A DNA stretch of 64,000 nt, taken from the sequence record NZ_CP145666.1, one strand, 5' to 3'. Below, one piece after another: positions 28,827 to 39,771 of this stretch. The notes beneath the pieces were generated by a model. The model worked only from the letters and a program-made list of their open reading frames with translations. It ran no database searches and was not told where the DNA came from. Both the position numbers and the translations under genes were made by a program. The stretch is from a plasmid. Numbering within the stretch: position 1 is the stretch's first letter; each line of letters starts with the position of its first letter.

Positions 28827-30536
28827 ATGAACCTACCGACAGCTGTATTAGCGAATAACGATGAAAATGAATCAGACGTCCTCAGCCTTTATGCTAATCC
28901 CGTAGACAGTCAAAGTGGCCTCATTGAACATGACGGCTTTCAAAAACTAAATGCCATGCGCGATCTGCTGGTGGAATACAACACAACACTGAAGCACATG
29001 CAGGCCATGTATGATGCAGTGATGCGGAACCGGCATGATGAAGCATGGCGCATGTTCTGTGATTCTTGTGACAATTCCATCAAATATACGCTGGCTGTAG
29101 AAAATTTGTTCTGTATAGAACGGGCCCGCTGTGCTCTCGATGAAAAGTACTGGCAAAAGCTGCTCGATCTGACCGGCGTAAAACCATTTATGCCCACCGA
29201 AAGATACGATGACTGGAACGAAGGATTGAGGGCATGGCGAAAATCATCAGAATCAAATTTTGAGAAGCTTAAGCCTGTACCCTTCAACGAAGAAAGTATC
29301 TTTTCTACCGCATTCGCATTGAATGAAGAGAAAAAAGACTACTTCGCCCAGATGGTTCATGGTGTGTTTGAAAAGCTCTCCGCTCTGCATAAGACTAACC
29401 GTGCCCAGGGCTTCAGCAACAAACTCATCATAGCCAGCTGCTTACCAAGTAGAGATAACCGCAGATCCTATGACTATCTCAACTATTTTAATGACCTTCG
29501 TAAGGTTATTGGACTGATGTATGGACGAAGCGGTGCTGAGGATGTGAATTCGGCTGCGGTCAAAGAGTACATGATGAGTAACCCTGGCGAATGGGTAAGT
29601 ATTGATAACGATAGTCTTAAAGTGAAGGGGTTTATTAACGGCAATGTGCATATCCTGATTGAGGAGGAAACTTGTGACAATCTCAATCTGGTACTATCCC
29701 ATTTAATGCCAGGCTGCATTCCTCTCGATCGCCGATACACCACCGGCCATAACTCCGCAAGAACTGTAAAAACCAATGAATATCGGTCGCAGTTGATATC
29801 ATTCTCTGCTGTTAACTCCTTAATATCATATGCCACTGACCATTTGAACGCGGGCAAACACCTGTCACCGGGGCCGCACACTTTTATCCTGCGGGACAAC
29901 CAGTCTGTTAGTGAGAAAAAAGAACTGGTGAACATATGGGAGTCATTGGGTGCTGTCAGAAGATATAGAGAAGTATATGACTTTGACTTTAGCCCCGTTG
30001 AAGCATTCAAACTTCTGGCATTACATGGTTCTATACCTGACCGCTATACGCACCAGTTCTATGCAACGGTCGGAGAACTCCAGAAACGAGCAATTGATGA
30101 ATGTATGGTGGCTTCAGGTATGCGTTTGCTGGAACCGAATATCGGTCTTGGTGCGCTACTGAAAGGGTTACCAGAGGGGGTGGATGTTACTGGTTTTGAT
30201 ATACACCCCGCAGCTGTTGCAATTACTGGCCTGCGCTGGAACGTCACCCTTAATGATTTTCTATTGGTCAAGCCTGAAAATACCGGCTTGTTTGAAAGAA
30301 TTCTGATGAATCCTCCATTTAGTGACTCACGCTGGATTGCACATTTTCAACATGCGATGAGATTCCTGAAACCGGGAGGACGCTTGATAGCAATACTGCC
30401 AGGGAGCGCAAAGGAGCATCTTTTAACCCGAGAAGCTGGGCCCGGTTACGACATCAATATTCTGGGTTGCTATGACAACGCCTTTGAAGGAACCGCAGAA
30501 TCCATAAAACTTTTCTCCGTTGATGCCCATGAATAG
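28827..30536 (+). CDS. large protein with unknown ~400-aa N-terminal domain fused to a C-terminal N6-adenine methyltransferase domain
   Basis: C-terminal ILMNPPFS (NPPF catalytic motif) and FLKPGGRLIAILPG (AdoMet-binding-like). Start at MNLPTAV with a GGAGAAA RBS. Confidence 0.55.
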   Translation: MNLPTAVLANNDENESDVLSLYANPVDSQSGLIEHDGFQKLNAMRDLLVEYNTTLKHMQAMYDAVMRNRHDEAWRMFCDSCDNSIKYTLAVENLFCIERARCALDEKYWQKLLDLTGVKPFMPTERYDDWNEGLRAWRKSSESNFEKLKPVPFNEESIFSTAFALNEEKKDYFAQMVHGVFEKLSALHKTNRAQGFSNKLIIASCLPSRDNRRSYDYLNYFNDLRKVIGLMYGRSGAEDVNSAAVKEYMMSNPGEWVSIDNDSLKVKGFINGNVHILIEEETCDNLNLVLSHLMPGCIPLDRRYTTGHNSARTVKTNEYRSQLISFSAVNSLISYATDHLNAGKHLSPGPHTFILRDNQSVSEKKELVNIWESLGAVRRYREVYDFDFSPVEAFKLLALHGSIPDRYTHQFYATVGELQKRAIDECMVASGMRLLEPNIGLGALLKGLPEGVDVTGFDIHPAAVAITGLRWNVTLNDFLLVKPENTGLFERILMNPPFSDSRWIAHFQHAMRFLKPGGRLIAILPGSAKEHLLTREAGPGYDINILGCYDNAFEGTAESIKLFSVDAHE

Positions 30537-30689
30537 TGGGGAAAGGAAGAGCTGGTCGAGTTAATTTCGTCACCCGTAACTGAACAGAAAAAATGAGATA
30601 GAGAAAAAGCCGTCAGTTTGTCGATGTTAAATGCTATTCAAATTTTTCAACATGCGACAATTGAGCCAACTACATGAAGAGGAAACACA

Positions 30690-31445
30690 ATGTCAGCATT
30701 TCTCATCAATAAATTATCTTTCGAAGATACCAAACAAATAATGTTGTCCTCCATGAAAACAATGGCATCTCTTCATGGTATTTTGGCAATATTCTTGCCG
30801 ATAATTGCTGGTGGTGGACTCCTGACACTCATCATGAAAAATGTGACAATGGAGGGGCTTGCATTTTTTATCTTACAGCCAGTTGTACTCACCCTCTACC
30901 TTACGGCTATCTTATGCCGATATCAAAGCTCAGAGCTAAGATTGAATATCTGGGAAGAACTACGCAACTTTATCGTTGTGTTAGTTTATGCATTATTCCT
31001 GACCGTACTAATGATCGTAATATTGTGGTTAGTCAAATTTATGATTGCTTCAGCGGTTGCGGGTGAAACCAACCATGTTGAATATAAACAACCAACATTA
31101 ACAAGCATTAGTCTGGCTTACTCCAACCTAATAGTGTATTTCAATATGTACGCCCTTGCCACTTTGAGCGTATTTATCGCTACGCCAATGCTCGTTTTAT
31201 TCATACCAACAGTTACGCGGTGTAAAGGTTCTCTGCTGAAAAGTATACCAGTCATTTGTAAAAGTACTTTTATGAATATTGGGCCGTTGTTCGCATTTTC
31301 AGCTATCTCTGGTGTTGTTTTACTTTCGTGGTCATACTTTTCGCTCAGGTATGAATGGTTAATCCCGGCAGCAACTATACCTCTGGCCTACTTATCAATA
31401 TTGAATTACCAGCTGTCTGAAGCAGCATTGCCTCGTAACCAATAA
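30690..31445 (+). CDS. polytopic inner-membrane hypothetical protein
   Basis: At least 6 predicted TM helices. Confidence 0.4.
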   Translation: MSAFLINKLSFEDTKQIMLSSMKTMASLHGILAIFLPIIAGGGLLTLIMKNVTMEGLAFFILQPVVLTLYLTAILCRYQSSELRLNIWEELRNFIVVLVYALFLTVLMIVILWLVKFMIASAVAGETNHVEYKQPTLTSISLAYSNLIVYFNMYALATLSVFIATPMLVLFIPTVTRCKGSLLKSIPVICKSTFMNIGPLFAFSAISGVVLLSWSYFSLRYEWLIPAATIPLAYLSILNYQLSEAALPRNQ

Positions 31446-31456
31446 AAAGGAAACCT

Positions 31457-31828
31457 GTGATGAGAAAAATAATATTAAATGCGGTTGTTTGTTTATTTGC
31501 AATTAATGCATCAAGTTTCGCAATATCAGCGGAAAGCTCTCCATCTCGTGACGAACTGAATGACGTGATGAAAGTTCATGCTTCCGAGATTGCTGCTGTT
31601 ATCGCATGTAAAGACTACCTCGAAAATGGCGAGGAACGTTTGACTGAAGCGAAATCAAAAGCTGGCCGTGTACTGGGTAAGATGGTAGGCAATCAAGCCA
31701 AGGGTAGCGAGTATGCTAGTCGGATTCTGGTAACTGTTAACGAAGCTAAGCCAGATGAGCAACTGAAGGCTGAATTCGACAAGGTCAACCTTGACCACTC
31801 AGTCCGCGTTGCAAAATGCGCTCAGCTA

Positions 31829-31852
<24 letters not shown>
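31457..31852 (+). CDS. periplasmic hypothetical protein, 3' end interrupted by IS5
   Basis: Signal peptide. Reading frame runs into the IS5 left end at 31829. The pre-insertion C-terminus can be reconstructed across the CTAG duplication. Confidence 0.4.
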
Positions 31853-33025
<1,173 letters not shown>

Positions 33026-33425
33026 CTAGCAGTAGACCGTACGCATCGGTCACTTCCCATCCTTTAGTAGGTATTTTTTCAATACGTTCGCCGCGCGCAC
33101 CCGCGCGTAGCCATAGCAACGGCGCAATGCGAACAAAGGCCAAGTTGTGGCTAACCGACTTCTCAGCTTCGTAGGTCAGAGTGAAAAACTCGGCATTTTC
33201 CTCAAAACCGTCAGACATTGGGAACTCGTCTGTAAACCTATAATTGACCTTAATCGGTTGTTCATTCGGCGTTTTGCCTGTGATAGCAGCTTGTACACGT
33301 GGTTTGGTGATATAATCACAGATCCCCCACTTTTCCCAATCAGGATCTCCAGGCCTTAAGCCCTGTTCGCGCAATTTTTTCTGTTCGTCGGCAGCGACTT
33401 CGTTGTTAGTGACGGAGATGCACTG

Positions 33426-33643
33426 GCGACGACCACCACCTCCGCCGCGACCGTGGCGGCGTCCGCACCCTGTTCGTGGTGATGTTCCTGGTGACAGCCT
33501 GCGTGGCGATGCTCTTCACTTTTGCAGCAGCCTGCATGGTGCTCACTGTGGCGGCTTTCGTGGTGATGTCCTTCACCCTTGCAGCAGCCTTCGTGTTGGT
33601 GCTCTGTATGTTTACAGCAACCTTCATGATGGTTTTGCATCAT
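33426..33643 (-). pseudogene. yqjI: 5' remnant of yqjI/nfeR (Ni-responsive PadR-family regulator): His/Cys-rich N-terminus only, frameshifted and truncated
   Basis: MMQNHHEGCCKHTEHQHEGCCKGE... matches the E. coli YqjI N-terminus MSHHHEGCCKHEGQ...HEGCCKGE. GRRHGRGGGGRRQ is encoded in a different frame. The PadR winged-helix domain is absent after about 33422. Confidence 0.6.
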
Positions 33644-33810
33644 CGTCTCCTGATGTTATTTAGATATATCTAATTTATATCTAAAGTTTATCGACTTGCA
33701 AGTCTATAAAATAATTTTTGTTTAATTTAATGATTATTAATGGTTTTTATGGATTGCTGATAGCTGTTTAATCTCAAGCTGACTATATCAAAAAAGTGCT
33801 TGCAATCTTT

Positions 33811-33829
33811 TTGATTAGCAATCATTATC
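33811..33829. promoter_or_regulatory. Fur box in the yqjI-yqjH divergent intergenic region
   Basis: TTGATTAGCAATCATTATC matches the Fur consensus GATAATGATAATCATTATC (right half 9/9). yqjH is Fur-regulated in E. coli. Confidence 0.45.
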
Positions 33830-33879
33830 ATTTAAAAATAAATTTAGATATATCGTATTATCTTCACGAAGGCGAAAAA

Positions 33880-34650
33880 ATGACAAAAAACACCTCACGC
33901 TACCCACAGCGCGTGCGTAACGAACTACGTTTTCGCGAATTAACCGTGCTGCGCGTTGAGCGTATCGGCCAGGCGTTCCAGCGGATCGTGCTGGGGGGCG
34001 AGGCGCTGGATGGCTTTGTTTCACAAGGTTTTGACGACCACACCAAACTGTTTTTCCCGCAGGCGGGCAGCGTATTTACGCCGCCGGAAGTGACCGACGA
34101 AGGCATTAACTGGGGCGAGGGCGTGCGCCCGGCGACCCGCGACTACACGCCGCTGTACGATGCCGAACGCCACGAGCTGGCTTACGATTTTTATATCCAC
34201 GATGGCGGTATTGCCAGCCGCTGGGCGCTGGAAGCCAACATCGGCGATAAGCTGGTGATCGGCGGGCCGCGCGGCTCGCTGGTGGTGCCGGAAGATTACG
34301 CCTGGCAGCTTTATGTCTGTGACGAGTCGGGCATGCCGGCGCTGCGCCGTCGCCTGCTGGGATTACGTCAGCTGCCGGTGACGCCGCAGGTGACGGCCAT
34401 CGTCACCGTCGCGGATGCTTCGTATAAAGATTATCTGGCGGATCTCGACGGCTTTAATATCGAATGGGTGGTAGGCCACAACCCGGCGTTCGTCGCCGAG
34501 CGGCTGGCTCAGGTCAAGGTGCCGTCAGAAGATTATTTTATCTGGCTGACCGGAGAAGGCGGCGTGGTGAAATCGCTGCTGGCGCGCTTTGAGGAGCCGA
34601 GTATCGATCAGCAACTGGTGCGTTCGCAGGCGTACTGGCATAGCAAATAA
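33880..34650 (+). CDS. yqjH: NADPH-dependent ferric-chelate reductase / siderophore-interacting protein YqjH (NfeF)
   Basis: Collinear with E. coli YqjH (RYPQRVRNELRFRELTVLRVERI; YVCDESGMPALRRRL; YFIWLTGEG). Confidence 0.85.
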   Translation: MTKNTSRYPQRVRNELRFRELTVLRVERIGQAFQRIVLGGEALDGFVSQGFDDHTKLFFPQAGSVFTPPEVTDEGINWGEGVRPATRDYTPLYDAERHELAYDFYIHDGGIASRWALEANIGDKLVIGGPRGSLVVPEDYAWQLYVCDESGMPALRRRLLGLRQLPVTPQVTAIVTVADASYKDYLADLDGFNIEWVVGHNPAFVAERLAQVKVPSEDYFIWLTGEGGVVKSLLARFEEPSIDQQLVRSQAYWHSK

Positions 34651-34666
34651 TCGGCAGTGTGGTAAA

Positions 34667-34702
34667 CCCGGATGGCGGCGCGTTGCGCCTTCTCCGGGCT
34701 AC
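34667..34702. repeat. REP/PU-type extragenic palindrome
   Basis: CCCGGATGGCGGCGCGTTGCGCCTTCTCCGGGCTAC is the classic enterobacterial REP form. Confidence 0.5.
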
Positions 34703-34753
34703 CTTTCAATGGTGTTATGTCGCCCCGGTAAGCGCAGCGCCACCGGGTGAGGC

Positions 34754-36403
34754 TTAGCGTTCCGCCAGCGCCTTAAACACCATCGCCACCGCGTGGGCGC
34801 CGGGGTCCATATTGCCGAGCAGGCTCTCGCTATTGAGATAGGAGGCGCGTCCGGCGCCGGCTTTGCTCGACTGGCAGGTGCGATCCGCGCCGGCCTGCGC
34901 CGCGGCGAAAGCGGCCTGCAGATTATCCGGTTCGGCCAGCAGCGCCGCCAGCGCCGGCTGTAGAGCGTCAATCATCGTCCGGTCGCCCTCATCGGCGCCG
35001 CCGTAAAATTTCATCTGCCCCAGACCGGCGTTCAGCGCTTCCGCCATGCTGGCGCCTTGCTCCAGCTTCTGCCCGGCGGCGGTGAAGAAAATCGACATCA
35101 ATACGCCGCTGGAGCCGCCCATCACCACCGTCAGGCGTTCGCCAATTAGCGCGAACAGCGTGGGTAAATCATTGAGCGGCAGTTGCTGGCGTTGCAATAG
35201 AGCGGCAATCTCACGCGCGCCAGCGGCGAAAGTGGAGCCGGTATCGCCGTCGCCCACTTTGGCGTCAAGCGCGTTGAGATGGGTTTCGAGGCCGGAGAGG
35301 GTGCTGGTCACCTGCGCCACGTAATCGCCCACCTGCGGGTTGGCCGATGGCGTAAAGGCGACGCGTGCGCTGGCGAGCGCGGACGGCATGATATTAACAG
35401 CCCGCGGCTGCACCGGCTTCTGCCAACTGGCGGTTTCGACATCCGACAGCAGCGCCTTTTCAATGCTCTCTTCCAGCACGATAGTGGTCAGCGAGAAGCC
35501 TTTCATATCCAGCGCCGTTACCAGCGAAGCCGGGCCAATCAACCAGTCAACGCGCGCATGGAGTGGGGTGTTGGCCAGCTCGCGGGTCAGAATCGCCATC
35601 TCGGCCACCGACACGCCGCCGAGATTATTGAGCATCACCGCCAGGCGGCCGGTTTCAGGTAGGGCGGCGGTCAGCTTCTCTACCATAATCTGCATGATTT
35701 CCGCGCTGTTATGGGTCGCGATCGTCGAGGCTCCCGGTTCGCCGTGGATGCCCATCCCCAGCTCGGCGTGGCCGGGCTGATGGCGCGGCGCGCTTTCCGC
35801 TTCCTGCGGCAGGTGACAGCTGGCCAGCGCCACCCCGATGCTGGCGGTATGGTTGGCGGCGTATTGCGCTTCACGCAGGACGGTGGCGAGGTTGAAGCCG
35901 CGCTCGGCGAAATAACCCGCCACCTTATGCACAAGAATAGTCCCGGCGATACCGCGCGGCTGTTTGTTATCCGGCAGCGAAATATCGTCGCCGACGATCA
36001 GCATCTCTACGTTATAGCCAAGACGGCGCGCTTTCTCCGCCGCGAGGCCGAAGTTAAGCCGATCGCCGGTGTAGTTTTTAACGATCAGCAGACAGCCCGC
36101 CTCGCCGGTCACCGCCTGAATCGCGGTGAGTACCGCATCGACGCTCGGCGAGGCGAACAGATCGCCGCAGACCGCGGCGGTCAGCATGCCTTTACCAATA
36201 AAGCCGACGTGCGCCGGTTCATGGCCGGAGCCGCCGCCGGAAATCACCGCCACGTTGTTTTTATTCAGATCGCGGCGTACCACTACACGGATCGCCGGGT
36301 CGCTCTCCAGGCGGGCGAGGTTGTTCCACGGGCTGGCAATAATGGTTCCCTCGATCACGTCGTTAACGAGGCTGGCGCGCTGGTTAAAAAAGAATTGAGA
36401 CAT
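34754..36403 (-). CDS. dhaK: ATP-dependent dihydroxyacetone kinase, two-domain Dak1-Dak2 (Citrobacter/Klebsiella DhaK type)
   Basis: 549 aa. N-terminal DhaK domain ([21 protein letters not shown]) and C-terminal DhaL domain (GDGDTG). Confidence 0.9.
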   Translation of the reverse strand: MSQFFFNQRASLVNDVIEGTIIASPWNNLARLESDPAIRVVVRRDLNKNNVAVISGGGSGHEPAHVGFIGKGMLTAAVCGDLFASPSVDAVLTAIQAVTGEAGCLLIVKNYTGDRLNFGLAAEKARRLGYNVEMLIVGDDISLPDNKQPRGIAGTILVHKVAGYFAERGFNLATVLREAQYAANHTASIGVALASCHLPQEAESAPRHQPGHAELGMGIHGEPGASTIATHNSAEIMQIMVEKLTAALPETGRLAVMLNNLGGVSVAEMAILTRELANTPLHARVDWLIGPASLVTALDMKGFSLTTIVLEESIEKALLSDVETASWQKPVQPRAVNIMPSALASARVAFTPSANPQVGDYVAQVTSTLSGLETHLNALDAKVGDGDTGSTFAAGAREIAALLQRQQLPLNDLPTLFALIGERLTVVMGGSSGVLMSIFFTAAGQKLEQGASMAEALNAGLGQMKFYGGADEGDRTMIDALQPALAALLAEPDNLQAAFAAAQAGADRTCQSSKAGAGRASYLNSESLLGNMDPGAHAVAMVFKALAER

Positions 36404-36477
36404 AGTGGTTCCTGATCAGTAAGCGAAAACTCACCCTCCGGAGGCGGGCCCCCGGAGTGGTAACGGTCAAAGTGGAT

Positions 36478-37896
36478 TTAGCGACGAATAAGACGTTGCA
36501 GACGCATATCGAGCGTGATGGCTTCGCCAGGCTGAATATCATTCAGCGCTTCGCCCTGCTGGCATAGCCAGGCGATCCCCGCCGCGCGGGCGATAATCGC
36601 GCCGTGGGCCTGTTCGCTGCCGTCGCGCAGGCACAGGCCGGTGACCTTGCTGGCATCCAGTTGGAGTACAGTCGAGGGATAAATATTGTCGGCGATAATA
36701 ATCGTCGGCTCACTGGCGAATGGCAGCGTCTCCTTAATACCCTGCAGATGGCGCAGCGTGCGCTGCAGAATATCGTCGACATCGATATAACGGGCCTGCA
36801 GATAGGCGTCATCCAGCTGACGATACTGCTGGCTGAGCTCCATCAGCACTTGATGCCACGCCCATTCCGCCGAGCACTGTTCGGTGAGCAGGCGATCGTT
36901 GGCGGCATCAAACAGATCTTCATCGTCGAGCAAGGTGTGATGACCGGCGAAGATCGCCGCGATATCGGCGTTAAATTTGTGTTCCGCCAGCTCGGTGAGC
37001 GCATTGAGATCGGCCAGCGTCTGGTCGATCGCCTGGCGCAGGCGCTGCTGCTCGCGGGCGATGTCGGCGGCGGCGGGGAGCGCCGGTTGGATCGGCGCCT
37101 GCGGATAAATCATCGCGGCGCCTTCAACACGCGCAGGTATGGCGGGTTCCGCTGTCGGCTGCGCCTCCGGCGACTCGCCGAAGTTATCGGCGGCCAGCGC
37201 CTGAAACGCCGCCAGCGCCGCATCGGCGTCCGGACCGCGGGCCAGCAGGCGCAGCTTATCGTGGCGGCGCACCTGTAGCAGAGCGATTTGATTCAGACTG
37301 TCCGGGGTGACGCATTTGCCGTTTTTCTCCAGCACCAGGTCGGCGTTAAAACCCGCCAGCGCGGCGACCAGCTTTGATGCCGGACGCACGTGCAGGCCGT
37401 TGTGATTGTTAATAATGACTGAAACCGATTTAGCATCGCCGTCGTCAGCAAGCGTTGGGGCGGCGGCGTCAGGCGTGTGCGAAGGTAAACCCAGCTGAAC
37501 CCGCTTGGCTTCCAGGGCGTTCATGGCATCGGCGATAACTTTGTCGATCCCGGCGCCGGAGGCGGCGCTGACGGTGGCCGCCAGCGTCCCTTCGACCAGC
37601 GGCGCGGCGCACAGCCGCACCTTTGCCGCCATCGCCGGATCGAGCAGATCGAGGGCGGTTTCGGCGCTGAGCAGGGCGCTGCCGATATCCATCATCACCA
37701 GAACATGGTCGGTATCGGCGACGGATTCGATCGCCTCCATGACTTTAATCGGATCGGTGCCGATCGGGCTGTCGGGATCGTCGATCCCGGCGGCGATCGC
37801 CAGCTTACAGCCATCGTTCATTAACATCTGCCGGGCCAGTTCTCCGACACCTTCGCCCAGCCGGGCGCTATGAGAAACAATAACCAGGTTTACCAT
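36478..37896 (-). CDS. dhaM: PTS-dependent DHA kinase phosphotransfer subunit DhaM (EIIA-HPr-EI-like)
   Basis: MVNLVIVSHSARLGEGV..., 472 aa. The six-frame ORF extends upstream, but the start is set by the DhaM alignment and an RBS. Confidence 0.85.
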   Translation of the reverse strand: MVNLVIVSHSARLGEGVGELARQMLMNDGCKLAIAAGIDDPDSPIGTDPIKVMEAIESVADTDHVLVMMDIGSALLSAETALDLLDPAMAAKVRLCAAPLVEGTLAATVSAASGAGIDKVIADAMNALEAKRVQLGLPSHTPDAAAPTLADDGDAKSVSVIINNHNGLHVRPASKLVAALAGFNADLVLEKNGKCVTPDSLNQIALLQVRRHDKLRLLARGPDADAALAAFQALAADNFGESPEAQPTAEPAIPARVEGAAMIYPQAPIQPALPAAADIAREQQRLRQAIDQTLADLNALTELAEHKFNADIAAIFAGHHTLLDDEDLFDAANDRLLTEQCSAEWAWHQVLMELSQQYRQLDDAYLQARYIDVDDILQRTLRHLQGIKETLPFASEPTIIIADNIYPSTVLQLDASKVTGLCLRDGSEQAHGAIIARAAGIAWLCQQGEALNDIQPGEAITLDMRLQRLIRR

Positions 37897-37906
37897 CGCG
37901 ATTTCC

Positions 37907-38539
37907 TTACTCTTTGGCGGCGGCAGCCAGCATCTGAACCATAAACAGCACCGAGGTCGCGCCGGGATCCTGATGCCCGATGCTGCGCTCGCCGAGATAG
38001 CTGGCGCGGCCTTTACGCGCCTGCATGGTGATGGTGGCGTGGGCGGCGCGCTCGGCCACTTCGCAGGCGGCATCCAGCGCGGCAGGGATAGACAGATGTT
38101 GCTCGCTGGAATGACGCAGGGATTCCACCACCGGCAGCCAGACGTCGCACATCGTCTTATCGCCCGGCTCCGCTTTACCACGGTTGACGACGCCGTCCGC
38201 GCCTTCGCGGATCATCTGATAAAGCTCGTCGAGGGTCAGGCTCTGATGCGCCTGGGTGACCTGGGCGGCGCGGATAAAGAAGGTGCCGAACAGCGGGCCG
38301 CTGGCGCCGCCGACGTTGGAAAGCAGCGTCATCCCGGTATTCTTGAGAATAAAACCGATGTCTTTATCGGCGATCGACGGCAGCTTTTCGACCACTTTGC
38401 TGAAGCCGCGATGCATATTGAGGCCGTGGTCGGCGTCGCCGATCTCTTTATCAAGGCCGGTGAGAAAATCGCTCTGTTTGGTGAAAATGTCGCCACAGCG
38501 GTACAGCCAGTCGACGATTTGCGTTCTGTTCAGTGACAT
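37907..38539 (-). CDS. dhaL: DHA kinase ADP-binding subunit DhaL
   Basis: 210 aa, DKEIGDADHG motif. Confidence 0.9.
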   Translation of the reverse strand: MSLNRTQIVDWLYRCGDIFTKQSDFLTGLDKEIGDADHGLNMHRGFSKVVEKLPSIADKDIGFILKNTGMTLLSNVGGASGPLFGTFFIRAAQVTQAHQSLTLDELYQMIREGADGVVNRGKAEPGDKTMCDVWLPVVESLRHSSEQHLSIPAALDAACEVAERAAHATITMQARKGRASYLGERSIGHQDPGATSVLFMVQMLAAAAKE

Positions 38540-38549
38540 GTCGTGCTCC

Positions 38550-39620
38550 TTATTTTCCCCAGTTCAGCGCTGGGGTATGGACCGGGGCGTCCCATAACGC
38601 CAGTGTGTCATCATCCGCTTTCAGCAGGGTGATGGAGAAACCCGCCATATCCAGCGAGGTGCAGTAGCTGCCGATGAGGTTGCGTTCAATCACAATGCCG
38701 GACGCTTCGCAGCGCTGGGCAAGGCGGTTGTAAACGCCGTACAGTTCGGAAAGCGGGGTGGCGCCGAGGTTATTGACCAGCGCGATAACCCGATCGCCGT
38801 TTTGCAGCGCGGTTTTGCTCTGTTTCACTTCCTGCCACGCTCCCTTGACGTTATCCCACTGGCGCAGCGTGCGGCTGTATGCGCCGTTTTCCAGCAGGGT
38901 ATCGACCATCTCATCGACGGTTTGGTCGAGCGAGCTGAAGCGGCGGCGGTCGATACCCGGCTCGCCATGGATGCCGACGCCGAACTCCATCTCATCATCT
39001 TTCAGGGTAAAGGAGGGCTGTCCGGCGGCCGGTACGGTGCAGGCGCCCAGCGCGATGCCAATCGAGTGACCAAGGTTATTTAAACGGCGGCCCAGTTCAG
39101 CGCAGGCTTCCAGCGAGTCGCCGCGTTCGGCGGCGGCGCCGACCAGTTTTTCAATCAGCACGGTATTGGCGACGCCGCGGCGTCCGGCGGTATAGAGGCT
39201 GTCTTTTACCGCCACGTCGTCATCCACCACGACGGTGGTAACCTTAACGCCACTTTCGTGCAGCAGCTCGGTGGCGGTCTCAAAATTCAGGATGTCGCCG
39301 GTATAGTTTTTGATAATCAGCAGGACGCCTTCGCCGCCGTCAATCTGCATCGCGCATTCGAACATTTTGTCCGGCGTCGGCGAGGTGAAAATTTCCCCCG
39401 GACAGGCGCCGGAGAGCATGCCCTGGCCGATGTAGCCGCAGTGCATCGGTTCGTGTCCGCTGCCGCCGCCGGAGAGCAGCGCCACTTTGCCGGCGACCGG
39501 TGCATCAGCGCGGGTGACATAGACCGGGTCCTGGTGCAGCGTCAGTTCAGGATGCGCCTTCGCCAGGCCGATAAGCTGTTCACTCAGTACATCTTCCACA
39601 CGGTTAATCAGTTTTTTCAT
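38550..39620 (-). CDS. dhaK: DHA kinase dihydroxyacetone-binding subunit DhaK (PTS type)
   Basis: 356 aa, collinear with E. coli DhaK ([22 protein letters not shown]). Confidence 0.9.
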   Translation of the reverse strand: MKKLINRVEDVLSEQLIGLAKAHPELTLHQDPVYVTRADAPVAGKVALLSGGGSGHEPMHCGYIGQGMLSGACPGEIFTSPTPDKMFECAMQIDGGEGVLLIIKNYTGDILNFETATELLHESGVKVTTVVVDDDVAVKDSLYTAGRRGVANTVLIEKLVGAAAERGDSLEACAELGRRLNNLGHSIGIALGACTVPAAGQPSFTLKDDEMEFGVGIHGEPGIDRRRFSSLDQTVDEMVDTLLENGAYSRTLRQWDNVKGAWQEVKQSKTALQNGDRVIALVNNLGATPLSELYGVYNRLAQRCEASGIVIERNLIGSYCTSLDMAGFSITLLKADDDTLALWDAPVHTPALNWGK

Positions 39621-39726
39621 TGTTTATGCTCCGTAGGGTAGGGGGAGGTCGCCTGTCTATAAGGGTAGCCCGGCGATGTAGTGATTCTGGCTGAGCGGGC
39701 GCAAAATAAAATGCCGTCAAAATTGG

Positions 39727-39771
39727 TTCCATAACGGAACGTAGAAAAGAATTTTTGTTCCTTTATGGAAC
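39727..39771. promoter_or_regulatory. paired palindromes GTTCC-N5-GGAAC in the dhaKLM/dhaD divergent promoter (candidate DhaR sites)
   Basis: GTTCCATAACGGAAC at 39727-39741 and GTTCCTTTATGGAAC at 39757-39771. Analogous pair repeated at 41855-41900. Confidence 0.4.

Noticed and set aside
33356-33643. 95-aa His-rich ORF as an intact metal-binding protein gene
   Set aside because: Only the first ~60 residues match YqjI. The remainder is frame-shifted read-through across the junction. Treated as a pseudogene remnant instead.
33403-33673. Plus-strand ORFs of 86 aa and 65 aa antisense to the His-codon-rich yqjI remnant
   Set aside because: Low-complexity translations (Pro/Arg runs, Phe/Val/Ala runs) caused by CAC/CAT repeats on the other strand. 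No start context.
36478-38181. 567-aa ORF as the dhaM gene
   Set aside because: The upstream 95 codons overlap dhaL in another frame and are Pro/Arg-rich nonsense. DhaM homology starts at MVNLVIV (37896).
34699-38540. Many long antisense ORFs across dhaK/dhaM/dhaL (for example 35711-36415 plus strand, 36604-37278 plus strand, 37973-38536 plus strand)
   Set aside because: Typical high-GC antisense artefacts. The sense-strand genes have full-length homology to known Dha proteins.
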